Assembly: GCA_038245785.1 (NCBI GenBank)
Contig: JBBRSB010000020.1
Coordinates: forward strand, 1-64,000
Origin: Gloeobacterales cyanobacterium
Lineage (GTDB): Bacteria > Cyanobacteriota > Cyanobacteriia > Gloeobacterales > PMM-0068
Direction of reading: 5' to 3'
DNA length: 64,000 nucleotides
Position 1 is the first letter of the stretch. Each line of letters opens with the position of its first letter. Below, piece after piece: positions 1-9,364 of this stretch. The position numbers and the translations under genes are program-made. The notes beneath the pieces are model-generated. The model saw nothing but the letters and a program-made list of their open reading frames with translations, was not told the origin of the DNA and searched no databases.

Positions 1-172
1 TTGCTCATACGGGGTTATGGCCCCAAGCGACTGTAAGGGTTTCAGAGGGAGTAAGCGGCAACCTAGGCTCAGTCACGATATTTAGTATTTAGCATCAAGG
101 GGTTATCGGTTTACCGCTCACTCTCAACATACAAGGGGTTGGAGGCAGGGGAGCCCGGTATCCTATACTGTT

Positions 173-1381
173 GTGTTGGCAGCATTGAGACTCATCGTGG
201 ATAGAGAGCCTGCACAGGTGCGCTGGTTGGCCCCTAGTCAAGGGATAGACCAGGAATGTTTGGTGAACTTAGGAACAGACGTTCAGGTCATTCAAGAATT
301 ACCGATAGGATCTACGAAAAAAGTCCTGATGCCGGGATTAGTAGACCTCTACAGCCACTCTGGAGAACCCGGTCACGAAGAAAGAGAAACCTTAAAAAGT
401 CTGGTCAAAGGCGCTCGGGCTGGTGGATTTGTGGAGGTGGCGATTCTGCCTGATACCGAACCCGTCATTGACGATCCAGCGCTGGTGAGTTGGCTTAAGA
501 AGCAAGCGCCCAACCTACATATCTTTGCCAGTCTGACCGTGGGAGCGCAGGGAAAAGAACTCGTAGATACCAAAGAACTGCTGCGGGCTGGAGCCATAGG
601 CTTTACCGCTGAGGATGCTCTAAAAGACCTGACGTTAACGCGTAGATTCTTAGAATACCTGGGACCGAAGGCAGCACCCGTTTTCCTCTGGCCCCAGCAT
701 CCTGACTTAGCGAAAGGCGTAGCTCGGGAAGGAGTCTGGTCTACTGAGTTGGGGCTGACCGGGGTTCCGGTGCAAGCAGAAACGATTGCGGTCAGCACAA
801 TTTTGGAACTGATCACCCTCACCGGAACACCTGTGCATCTGATGCGCCTATCTTGTCAAGAAAGCGTAGAGCGCATACGAGTTGCCAAAGCACAAGGATT
901 ACCTGTCACCTGTAGCGTGACGGTTGCTCACCTCCTGCACACCGTGGAAGAACTCGTGAGCTTTGATCCTCATCTCAGGGTCAATCCGCCCTTAGGCACG
1001 ATAGAAGACCAAGCGGCTTTGATTGCCGGACTGGCCGATGGCACCGTAGATGCGATTGCCACAGACCATAGTCCCTGGACCTATGAAGAAAAAGTAGTTC
1101 CTTTTGCCGTAGCTCCTCCCGGCATGGTGATGCTGGAATTAGCGCTGCCTCTGCTCTGGATGCATCTCGTAGAGACTAAAAAGCTGAAAGCCTTAGATTT
1201 GATCCGGGCTTTAACTACAGGGCCAAGAGCGGTTTTGGGACTTCCCTCCAGCCCTTCTTGGGTCCTGTTCGATCCCCAAACAACCTGGACCGTCAACGGC
1301 CAAACGCTACAATCCCTTTCTCAAGCCACCCCTTGGTGTGGACGTACTGTGCAAGGGCGCGTCGAAAAAACTAGCTTCTAA
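173..1381 (+). CDS. pyrC: Dihydroorotase (PyrC, cyanobacterial type; possibly catalytically degenerate)
   Basis: Amidohydrolase motifs PGLVDLYSH.GEPG, ARAGGF, VNPPLG, IATDHSP; first metal-binding His of DxHxH is Tyr. Confidence 0.85.
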   Translation: MLAALRLIVDREPAQVRWLAPSQGIDQECLVNLGTDVQVIQELPIGSTKKVLMPGLVDLYSHSGEPGHEERETLKSLVKGARAGGFVEVAILPDTEPVIDDPALVSWLKKQAPNLHIFASLTVGAQGKELVDTKELLRAGAIGFTAEDALKDLTLTRRFLEYLGPKAAPVFLWPQHPDLAKGVAREGVWSTELGLTGVPVQAETIAVSTILELITLTGTPVHLMRLSCQESVERIRVAKAQGLPVTCSVTVAHLLHTVEELVSFDPHLRVNPPLGTIEDQAALIAGLADGTVDAIATDHSPWTYEEKVVPFAVAPPGMVMLELALPLLWMHLVETKKLKALDLIRALTTGPRAVLGLPSSPSWVLFDPQTTWTVNGQTLQSLSQATPWCGRTVQGRVEKTSF

Positions 1382-1642
1382 AGTGGAAAAAGGTCCTAAG
1401 AGGAGCCAGAAACTTTTGTTTGGTAGACCTTCTACTGCTTGTGAAACCGCTAGAAGTCACCGAATATGATTGTTTCCTAACCCGTATGGAGTATCGGGTA
1501 CCTAAATCTGGTATGGTGATCCCCATGCATTCCAAAACTCTGGGATTGATGGAATTTGCTTGAAAATTCCTCAGAGTGTTCATCGGGAAGTAGGTATGCA
1601 TAAAACCAACAGGCACCTTCTCTAAAAAATATTTGGAGACCT

Positions 1643-2224
1643 ATGACTGTATCTACCCTTCAGCAGGCATCCTCAGGTGAATCTGTAAAGCGCACCTTCA
1701 GCTGTTCAGATACCCTTCCCGCACGTCAGAGAATGTTGTGGAAGATAGAATCTGGGGTGCTCAGAACCTACACCATTAACGAAACAGGAACCCGCAATAT
1801 TTTGGGGTATTGGGGACCAGGCGATGTGGTGGGACATACTCTATCTCGACTCAACCCCTATGAAATTGAATGCTTAACAGCCGTTGAAGCAATCTTGATT
1901 CCTCCTGCTAACTGGCATCAATCGCTCGATGCGATCATCCTGCATACTCAGCAGACCAAAGAACTGCTCTACGTCAAAGGCTATGAACGAGCCCACCATC
2001 GTTTGCTGCATCTGCTCATTTGGTTGGCCCAAAAATTTGGTCGAGCCGTAAGCCAAGGACAACTCATCGATATGCCTCTGACCCATGAGGGTATCGCAGA
2101 ATCTATCGGTAGCACACGGGTGACCATTACGCGACTTCTCAAACAGTTTGAAAAAGCAGGAACTATTTATCGCGACCAGCGCTACATTATTGTGCCTTCA
2201 AGCTTTTGCCAAAAATCCCTATGA
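1643..2224 (+). CDS. Crp/Fnr family transcriptional regulator
   Basis: cNMP-like N-terminus (GYWGPGDVVG) and C-terminal HTH LTHEGIAESIGSTRVTITRLL; GGAG RBS upstream. Confidence 0.9.
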   Translation: MTVSTLQQASSGESVKRTFSCSDTLPARQRMLWKIESGVLRTYTINETGTRNILGYWGPGDVVGHTLSRLNPYEIECLTAVEAILIPPANWHQSLDAIILHTQQTKELLYVKGYERAHHRLLHLLIWLAQKFGRAVSQGQLIDMPLTHEGIAESIGSTRVTITRLLKQFEKAGTIYRDQRYIIVPSSFCQKSL

Positions 2225-2360
2225 TGCGTCAGCTAAAGGCTAAAATCCTTAACAAAAAGTGTTGCGAAGCTTTAACTTTTTATCAAGCTCCTCATGTTCT
2301 TGTGCTCTAAATGTTAAACCATAGACGGTAGCATCTATTCCCTATAAGAGGAACTAAGGT

Positions 2361-2594
2361 ATGAGTATTTTTGATAAAGCAAAAGAACTAGCGCAACAGG
2401 CATCTCAAGGATTATCTCAAGCAGAAGGACTTCTAGATAACGTTAAAGGAATCGTTCCAAAAGACAAGATGGAGCAGATCAAGGGTGCTCTTCATAAGGC
2501 AGAGGGCGCTGTGCAAGGTCTTACCGGACAACCCATTGCCAGCAACGAAGTAGCTAGTGAAGAAGAAGACACCGCAACCGAAGAAAAAGCTTAA
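2361..2594 (+). CDS. Small acidic hypothetical protein
   Basis: 77-aa ORF with GAGGA RBS; amphipathic helical N-terminus, acidic tail. Confidence 0.65.
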   Translation: MSIFDKAKELAQQASQGLSQAEGLLDNVKGIVPKDKMEQIKGALHKAEGAVQGLTGQPIASNEVASEEEDTATEEKA

Positions 2595-2750
2595 GTTTAA
2601 TCGTTTCCTATCCTGCAGCCTGGGTACTCCTAGGCTTTTTTTATGGGTCGCTGCACAAAAAGCTAGAAAATACCGTGCGCAGCCCACTCTTTTAGGATAT
2701 TTTGTTGTGTAAAGCCTTTTAGATACATCTGTTAATAAAAATTGAGAAGT

Positions 2751-3113
2751 ATGAAATTGACCAAGCTTTCCTGGAAAACGCTGTCCATTCCCAGCATCCT
2801 CCTCTTAGGGGTGGCTGCAGTGGGTTTGGCGCTCACTTCCTTGCTAAATCAGGAAAGCCCCTATGAGAGCGCAGTTCTCGTAAAGACGGGCAATGTGGAA
2901 ACAGGAAAAAAGATTTTTCAACAGAATTGCTCGGCGTGTCATGGCCTAGAGGCGAAAGGCTTAGTGGGACCCAGTCTGCAACAAGTCCATACCCGCAAAT
3001 CAGATGTCATTTTAATCCGTCAAGTAGTCAGTGGCAAAACGCCCCCGATGCCGAAATTTGAACTTTCTGAACAGCAGATGTCTGACCTCTTGAGCTATCT
3101 GAAGACTCTTTAA
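2751..3113 (+). CDS. cytM: Cytochrome cM-like c-type cytochrome
   Basis: N-terminal hydrophobic anchor, CSACH heme motif, GPSL and SGKTPPMPKF. Confidence 0.8.
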   Translation: MKLTKLSWKTLSIPSILLLGVAAVGLALTSLLNQESPYESAVLVKTGNVETGKKIFQQNCSACHGLEAKGLVGPSLQQVHTRKSDVILIRQVVSGKTPPMPKFELSEQQMSDLLSYLKTL

Positions 3114-3151
3114 GGTGGGTTATCACTGTTGGGTCGATTACCTCAGCCCTT

Positions 3152-3535
3152 ATGACCCAAAAAATTGGCCTACAGGCCGAGCAATTTGTTGCGGACTATC
3201 TAGAAGCTAACCATTGGCAGATTTTGGCTCGCCGTTATTGCTCCCGTTGGGGAGAATTAGACCTTGTTGCTCTGCAAGGGGATACGCTGAGCTTCGTAGA
3301 AGTGAAAGCGAGACAGGCCAACAACTGGGATTGTGACGGTTTGTTGGCCATTACGCCCAGCAAGCAACGAAAGCTCTGTCTGACCGCTACGGCTTTTCTA
3401 AGAGCGTGGCCTTCTTTAGACAGGTGCAATGGCCGTTTCGATGTGGTCTTGGTAAAGATTTTACCTTCTCAAACATTTAGCCCAAATTTTAGAATAGTCA
3501 AACATCTTACCGATGCATTTACCGTAAGCCTTTGA
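3152..3535 (+). CDS. yraN: YraN family (UPF0102) nuclease-like protein
   Basis: RWGELDLVA, FVEVKAR, RFDVV motifs. Confidence 0.9.
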   Translation: MTQKIGLQAEQFVADYLEANHWQILARRYCSRWGELDLVALQGDTLSFVEVKARQANNWDCDGLLAITPSKQRKLCLTATAFLRAWPSLDRCNGRFDVVLVKILPSQTFSPNFRIVKHLTDAFTVSL

Positions 3536-3678
3536 AGTCTTCGCACACAGGATAGAAAGGATTTGTGAGCGCTACGGTACGTTCCCCAGGAACTTTTCAC
3601 TCGTTCCCATGAAGCCACGATTTCCCCCTTGATGTAGTCCCTCAAGGAGAAAGATCCCCATCCCTATGGTCTGCACCC

Positions 3679-4866
3679 CTACCAACCAGAGGTTGCGCAC
3701 TCATAGGCAACCCGTTCAAAAACATCATTGGTATAACCCGCAAGTTTATCCCAGCGAAAACGGAGGTCCAACTCTGCATGGGCATTGTCTTTCAGCCATT
3801 GGGCATAGCTAGGGTTCTTAATCACTTCCAGGATGCCCCAGCTTAGAGACTCGGCGTTATTGGCCCAAGTCACAACTCCTGTCTTGGTATGGGTCACAAC
3901 TTCGGGGAGTCCGCCCGAATCGGATACAACGACAGGCACCCAGGCTTCCATACTCTCCAGGGCTACGATGCCAAAAGGTTCATACAGGCTAGGAAACACC
4001 GCACAATCGGCTATGCGCTGAAAGCGGTCTAGTTCCTGATCATCGACAAAGCCTGTGAAATAGACTTTATTGCCAATTCCTAAAGCCTCAGCCCGCTGTC
4101 TTAAATGACTCGTATTTCCGCCACCGATAATCACAAACTTGACGTAGCCCCCCATCTCCCAAAGGATTCTTGGCATTGCATCGACCAGAACCTGTACGCC
4201 TTTTTCGTAGGTCATGCGACCGACATAGTAGACAATTTTTTCGACGTCCTCCGCATACCTACGACGAAATCCCCAGAAATCGAAGTTTTCAGGCAGCTGT
4301 TTTTTGGCTCTCTTGATGCCATTGGCAATGACATCTATCTTGTCCCAGGGAAGATCGAAGGCTCTTTCCACTTCACCTTTCATGTACCAGGTGCAGACAA
4401 TCACCCGCCACGCTTCATGGCAGAGGCTCGCTTCTTTCTTATTAATGTATTGCTGGGTATCGGTATAGATGCCGTTGTAGCGTCCTCTCTCGGTGGCATG
4501 AATAGTTGCAATCATCGGGATCTTAAACAAGTTCTTAAGCGCAGTCGCGGCATCACCCACGAGCCAGTCGTGGGCGTGGATCAAGTCAAAAGAACCTTCT
4601 TCCATGATTAACTTTCCACCGAAATAGCCCATGGAATCGTTCATATTGACGACCCAGTGGAAAAAGTCGTTCGCTCCTGCCACGGGTACCCGGTGGATAT
4701 GAACCCCTTCAACGATTTCGTAGCCTGGACATTCTCCAAATTCCACCGTCACCAAATGGACTTCATGGCCCAAGGCCACCAATTCGGGATAGAGCTCAGC
4801 GACATGACGGGCAATACCGCCGACAATACGGGGTGGGAATTCCCAGGTTAGGACAAGAATTTTCAT
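3679..4866 (-). CDS. Glycosyltransferase family 4
   Basis: WEFPPRIVGGIARHV, HAHDWLV, PSLYEPFGIVALE. Confidence 0.92.
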   Translation of the reverse strand: MKILVLTWEFPPRIVGGIARHVAELYPELVALGHEVHLVTVEFGECPGYEIVEGVHIHRVPVAGANDFFHWVVNMNDSMGYFGGKLIMEEGSFDLIHAHDWLVGDAATALKNLFKIPMIATIHATERGRYNGIYTDTQQYINKKEASLCHEAWRVIVCTWYMKGEVERAFDLPWDKIDVIANGIKRAKKQLPENFDFWGFRRRYAEDVEKIVYYVGRMTYEKGVQVLVDAMPRILWEMGGYVKFVIIGGGNTSHLRQRAEALGIGNKVYFTGFVDDQELDRFQRIADCAVFPSLYEPFGIVALESMEAWVPVVVSDSGGLPEVVTHTKTGVVTWANNAESLSWGILEVIKNPSYAQWLKDNAHAELDLRFRWDKLAGYTNDVFERVAYECATSGW

Positions 4867-5054
4867 AGGCGCAGGGGAAAGAAAAAGAAGGATGGATTTG
4901 CTTACTAAATATTAAGTGAATAGCTATTACGTTCGACGCACAATTCTTGGAATACTTTCTGATTAGGACTTATTTTAAGCGGTCGAGAGAAAGCTAAGGC
5001 CGTGTTAACATCGGGCTTAGAACTTATTCCTCTCTCTGATTCTATGAGTATGCC

Positions 5055-6203
5055 ATGAGCACTGAAATCGGAATTGTCACCGCCCAAGTTATTCCAGACC
5101 GTACCGTTGGTCAGATCCACGTATACGATGGGGCCGGCAAAGGTAAGTCCCAAGCAGCTCTTGGGGTCGTTTTGCGCTCCATTGGCCTGGGAATTGCGGA
5201 AGACCGTCAGAACCGAGTCTTGCTGTTACGGTTTCTGAAAGGACCGGGGCGGCAATACACGGAAGATGCTGCTATTGAAGCACTAAGACGCGGTTTTCCT
5301 CACTTGATTGACCAAGTGCGCACAGGGCGTTCTGAATTTTTTGGTGCCGACGAAGTCACCGTTTTTGACAAGAAAGAAGCCCGTCGTGGTTGGGATATTG
5401 CGAAAGGAGCGATTCAGTCCGGGCTCTATAGCGTTATGGTTTTGGATGAACTCAGCCCCGTTTTAGACCTGGGTCTATTGCCGATTGCAGAGGTGGTCAG
5501 TTCGATCCAGAACAAGCCGAAAGACCTCGAAGTGATCATCACGGGTCGGGGTGCTCCTCCAGAGATTATTGAGATTGCTGACCTTCATTCAGAAATGAAG
5601 GCCCACCGCCGTCCGCCGGAGCTCCTGAATGGTCAGACTAGCGGCACAGAAGCTTCTGGGATCGAAATTTATACCGGAGCCGGTAAAGGCAAATCCACCA
5701 GCGCCTTGGGACGAGCTTTGCAGGCCATTGGTCAAGGCATTTCCCGCGACCAATCCCACCGTGTCCTGATTATGCAGTGGCTCAAGGGGGGAACGGGCTA
5801 TACCGAAGACGCAGCGATTCGAGCATTGCGTCAGAGCTATCCTCACTTGATTGACCATCACCGCTGTGGCCGAGATGCCATCGTTTGGCGCGGCAAGCAG
5901 CAAGAGTTGGACTATGTAGAAGCTGAGCGGGGCTGGGAATTGGCCAGAGCAGCCATCGCCTCCGGGCTCTACAAGACAATCATTCTAGATGAACTGAATC
6001 CAACGGTGGACCTGGAACTCTTGCCCGTAGAACCGATTGTTCATTCTCTATTGCGCAAGCCTCGGGATACGGAAATCATCATCACCGGTCGCTGCCAAAA
6101 TCAGCCAGCCTACTTTGAATTGGCTACGGTCCATTCAGAGATGGTTTGTCACAAGCACTATGCCGAACATGGCATGGACCTCAAACGTGGAGTCGACTAC
6201 TAA
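5055..6203 (+). CDS. cobO: Cob(I)yrinic acid a,c-diamide adenosyltransferase (tandem two-domain cyanobacterial form)
   Basis: Two copies of YxGAGKGKS P-loop, LDEL and IITGR motifs. Confidence 0.9.
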   Translation: MSTEIGIVTAQVIPDRTVGQIHVYDGAGKGKSQAALGVVLRSIGLGIAEDRQNRVLLLRFLKGPGRQYTEDAAIEALRRGFPHLIDQVRTGRSEFFGADEVTVFDKKEARRGWDIAKGAIQSGLYSVMVLDELSPVLDLGLLPIAEVVSSIQNKPKDLEVIITGRGAPPEIIEIADLHSEMKAHRRPPELLNGQTSGTEASGIEIYTGAGKGKSTSALGRALQAIGQGISRDQSHRVLIMQWLKGGTGYTEDAAIRALRQSYPHLIDHHRCGRDAIVWRGKQQELDYVEAERGWELARAAIASGLYKTIILDELNPTVDLELLPVEPIVHSLLRKPRDTEIIITGRCQNQPAYFELATVHSEMVCHKHYAEHGMDLKRGVDY

Positions 6204-6250
6204 ATAGCGGTTCTAGTCTATATAGGATAGGTAGTTTCTAAACGGACACG

Positions 6251-7462
6251 ATGCCCCTGAATGTGGATACACTGCTGCGAAAAGCTTTGGATGGAGATAC
6301 GCTTTCCGTCCCTGAGGCAGGCTTTCTTTTAGAGCAGAAAGAGCCTGCGGTGCTGGAATCCATTCGTCAATGCGCTGATAGTTTACGGGCCCAGCAAGTC
6401 GGTGAGCGGGTCAGCTATGTGATTAACCGGAATATCAATTTTTCCAATATCTGTGTTCAGCACTGTTCTTTCTGCGCGTTCCGTCAGGATGAAGGCGACC
6501 AAGAGGCTTACTGGTTAGACTTCGGGAGCATTTTAGAAAAAACGCAGGAAGCAATTCACTACGGTGCCACTGAAATTTGTATGCAGGGAGGACTCAATCC
6601 GAAAGTCCGAGAAAAAGTCTCCTCCGGCAGAGTGCTGGATTACTATCTAGCGCTCGTCCGAGCTATCAAAGAGCGCTTTCCTCACCTTCATCTCCATGCA
6701 TTCTCGCCGCAAGAGTCTTTCTTTATTGCTGAAGAAGATAACCTGCCGATTGAAAAAGTTCTTCAGGAGCTACGCGACGCGGGGGTCAACTCGATGCCCG
6801 GAACTGCGGCAGAAGTCCTCCATGAGCCCGTCCGCAGACGCCTTTGTCCTGAAAAAATTGATACGGAGCACTGGATTCATACCGTTACTACCGCCCACGA
6901 ACTGGGAATTCCTACCACTTCCACATTGCTCTCCGGTCATATCGAAACGCCCTTAGAACGAGCTATTCATCTGGGCGTTCTGCGTTCGATTCAAGAACAA
7001 ACGGGAGGCTTTAGCGAATTTGTATTGCTCCCCTACGTAGCCCTGAACGCCCCGAAAATGCTGCGCAACAAAGTAGGACGAGACCAACCAGAACTCCTAG
7101 ATAGCCTGCTGACCCAAGCGGTAGCCCGTATCTTCCTCGGACCTCTGATTGTCAACCACCAGCCCAGTTGGGTCAAGTTAGGACTGAATGGTGCGGCAGA
7201 AGCCCTCCGCTGGGGCTGCAATGACATTGGCGGGACCTTGATGGAAGAACACATCACTTCATCAGCGGGAGCCCAAGGCGGAACCTGCCAATCTCCACAG
7301 GATTTGTATAGAGCGATTCTCGCAGCCGATCGCATCCCCTATCAACGCACTACACTCTATGACGAGGTAGAGGCTAAAACCGCTCTGATCCCTAGAAATC
7401 AAGAGGGGAACAGGACAGAAAATCATCAAGAGTCTGATAGATTTGAGCAGCTGACTCGCTAA
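6251..7462 (+). CDS. cofH: FO synthase subunit CofH (radical SAM)
   Basis: NRNINFSNICVQHCSFCAF (CxxxCxxC), SMPGTAAE, NDIGGTLMEEHIT. Confidence 0.9.
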   Translation: MPLNVDTLLRKALDGDTLSVPEAGFLLEQKEPAVLESIRQCADSLRAQQVGERVSYVINRNINFSNICVQHCSFCAFRQDEGDQEAYWLDFGSILEKTQEAIHYGATEICMQGGLNPKVREKVSSGRVLDYYLALVRAIKERFPHLHLHAFSPQESFFIAEEDNLPIEKVLQELRDAGVNSMPGTAAEVLHEPVRRRLCPEKIDTEHWIHTVTTAHELGIPTTSTLLSGHIETPLERAIHLGVLRSIQEQTGGFSEFVLLPYVALNAPKMLRNKVGRDQPELLDSLLTQAVARIFLGPLIVNHQPSWVKLGLNGAAEALRWGCNDIGGTLMEEHITSSAGAQGGTCQSPQDLYRAILAADRIPYQRTTLYDEVEAKTALIPRNQEGNRTENHQESDRFEQLTR

Positions 7463-7488
7463 AAGAATCAGAGGAGTGACCACTCGTT

Positions 7489-8295
7489 ATGCAGGAATAT
7501 ATTCAGGCTTTTATTCTCGGGATTGTGCAGGGAATAACCGAATTTCTCCCGATTAGCAGCACCGCCCACTTGCTCATTTTTAGCCAGGTAATGGGATGGA
7601 GTCTGGGGGAGAAAACCTTTGTCGATGCTATTCAGTTTGGCAGTGTGATTGCCGTATTGCTCTATTTCTGGGCTGATATTCGCAATATTTTGGGAGGGAG
7701 TCTCTCGGCCATACAAGAAAAAGATTGGCAACGAGAAGAGTGGAAAATCCTCTTAGGAATCGCAATTGGCAGTATCCCAGCTCTCGTAGTTGGTTATATA
7801 TTCAAGGACGTATTACCCAAAAGTGCCTCAGTGATTGCTTTTGCCTCCATTTTCATGGCTTTGCTTCTAGGCGTCGCTGAAAAAGTGGGAACCCGCAAAC
7901 GTGGTTTTGATGAGCTTCAGACCAGCGACGGAATTCTCGTTGGCTTAGGTCAAATGCTGGCGCTCGTACCAGGAGTCTCCCGGTCAGGCTCTACTGTTAC
8001 TACCGCTTTATTTCTCGGCTTAGAGAGGCCGACGGCCGCTCGCTTTTCTTTTCTCTTGGGTATTCCGACTCTCACCATTGTCACGCTCTACGAAGCACTC
8101 AAAGTTTTGAAAGACGTTAGTGCTTTGGGTCCGCTTATCGTCGGGATCTTCTCCGCCTTTTTGTTTTCCTACCTCTCCATTGCCTGGCTCCTCCGTTTCC
8201 TTCAAACCCAAAACACCTGGGTCTTTGTCTGGTATCGATTGGCTTTTGGCGTCGCTATTTTAGGTTCTATCGCTGCCGGTTTACTGAAAGGGTAA
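7489..8295 (+). CDS. uppP: Undecaprenyl-diphosphatase
   Basis: QGITEFLPISSTAHL and PGVSRSGST motifs, multi-TM. Confidence 0.95.
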   Translation: MQEYIQAFILGIVQGITEFLPISSTAHLLIFSQVMGWSLGEKTFVDAIQFGSVIAVLLYFWADIRNILGGSLSAIQEKDWQREEWKILLGIAIGSIPALVVGYIFKDVLPKSASVIAFASIFMALLLGVAEKVGTRKRGFDELQTSDGILVGLGQMLALVPGVSRSGSTVTTALFLGLERPTAARFSFLLGIPTLTIVTLYEALKVLKDVSALGPLIVGIFSAFLFSYLSIAWLLRFLQTQNTWVFVWYRLAFGVAILGSIAAGLLKG

Positions 8296-8424
8296 AGAAC
8301 AAGAATTGAGCCACGCCCTAAGGGATCGCCACCAGCATAGGATTCCCTGAGTATCGTTTCGTTAAAGCTCTGTGCTCTGCTATGGACTAACCAACATACT
8401 AAAGTCAGCATTGAGGTATGGACT

Positions 8425-8640
8425 ATGGCCAAATTTGAATACGAACTCCTGATTGGCAAAGACGATAAATCTGTTGACAGTGGTGTGCTCTGGTATCTTG
8501 CCAGTTCTCCCCAACTGCTCGGAGCCAATCTGCTGGAGATCCTGAACAAGCTAGGCAGTGAAGGCTGGGAAGTCGCGGGCATAGGAGATCTGATGTTTGA
8601 TGCACGCACTGAAATTATTCTCAAACGCTCCCAAGGCTAG
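8425..8640 (+). CDS. Small hypothetical protein (DUF4177-like)
   Basis: MAKFEYE...LNKLGSEGWEVAG...IILKR pattern; GAGG RBS. Confidence 0.6.
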   Translation: MAKFEYELLIGKDDKSVDSGVLWYLASSPQLLGANLLEILNKLGSEGWEVAGIGDLMFDARTEIILKRSQG

Positions 8641-8759
8641 AGCATGCGCAGGCAAAATTACGACCGCTGCAAAGGTCAAGCAGTACTTCGAAAACACACA
8701 GCGGGACCTCGTGGATCTAGTCGGATGGTTAATCTCTGCACTTAAAGAATTTCCCAGTA

Positions 8760-9032
8760 CTAGAGGTCTTCAGGCCATTGCTGGGAACCATGGAGCACCG
8801 CAAGGATCTCTACATGTTCACCCACCCTGTAGGGCACTACAAAAGGAGTGTTCGACACAGGTAATTCTCGGGTATTGCTGACTCGTCCCGGTCGCCCAGC
8901 GAAGGGAAAGCGCTCTAGGGTCTTGACTACCTGCTCAATACGCTCGATAAAGCGTGGCTTGGAATCGGGGTCAAATCGCTCACGGATACGGGCGAGATCC
9001 TCAATGGCTCGCCTACGCCAGAGTACCTTCAC
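8760..9032 (-). CDS. RelE/ParE family toxin
   Basis: VLWRRRAIEDL, FPFAGRPGRV.NTREL, VEILAVLH; overlaps upstream antitoxin stop. Confidence 0.88.
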   Translation of the reverse strand: MKVLWRRRAIEDLARIRERFDPDSKPRFIERIEQVVKTLERFPFAGRPGRVSNTRELPVSNTPFVVPYRVGEHVEILAVLHGSQQWPEDL

Positions 9033-9262
9033 TCAGACTGTTTCCATTTGTCAAACTCGGCCTGTACTTCTTCTTCCGTAGCCATCTCGGTTGAGTTGAG
9101 CGCTTTCTCGATGTGTTCACATGACCAGCGATAGTAGGCAATGTGCTGCTCAATGGCCGCGTTAATGATAGCAGTGCGGTCCACACCTTGAGCACGAGCA
9201 ATCTCATCAACGACGGTAAGGTTTTCCTCTTCTATTTGAAACGAGACGGTCTTTGGTTTCAT
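9029..9262 (-). CDS. CopG/RHH family antitoxin
   Basis: ATG at 9262, MKPKTVSFQI...DRTAIINAAIEQHI ribbon-helix-helix; coupled to toxin. Confidence 0.8.
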   Translation of the reverse strand: MKPKTVSFQIEEENLTVVDEIARAQGVDRTAIINAAIEQHIAYYRWSCEHIEKALNSTEMATEEEVQAEFDKWKQSE

Positions 9263-9364
9263 GGACAATTTTTCCCTATTGGATTCATCATACAAAATAA
9301 TATTCTGTATGAAAGGGTCAATTCGGGATTGAGTATCTCCTGCCAAGCACTTTGATTAAGATTC

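Noticed and set aside
103..116. 14-nt match (TTATCGGTTTACCG) to the reverse complement of the right end of the higBA insertion
   Set aside because: Tens of 14-mer matches are expected by chance in a 64 kb self-comparison; no flanking similarity
1..150. Leader-like motifs (GTAAGGGTTTCAG, CAAGGGGTT) at the window start
   Set aside because: No repeat visible and upstream context is outside the window
5055..6203. Internal duplication in cobO
   Set aside because: Two-domain form is usual in cyanobacteria
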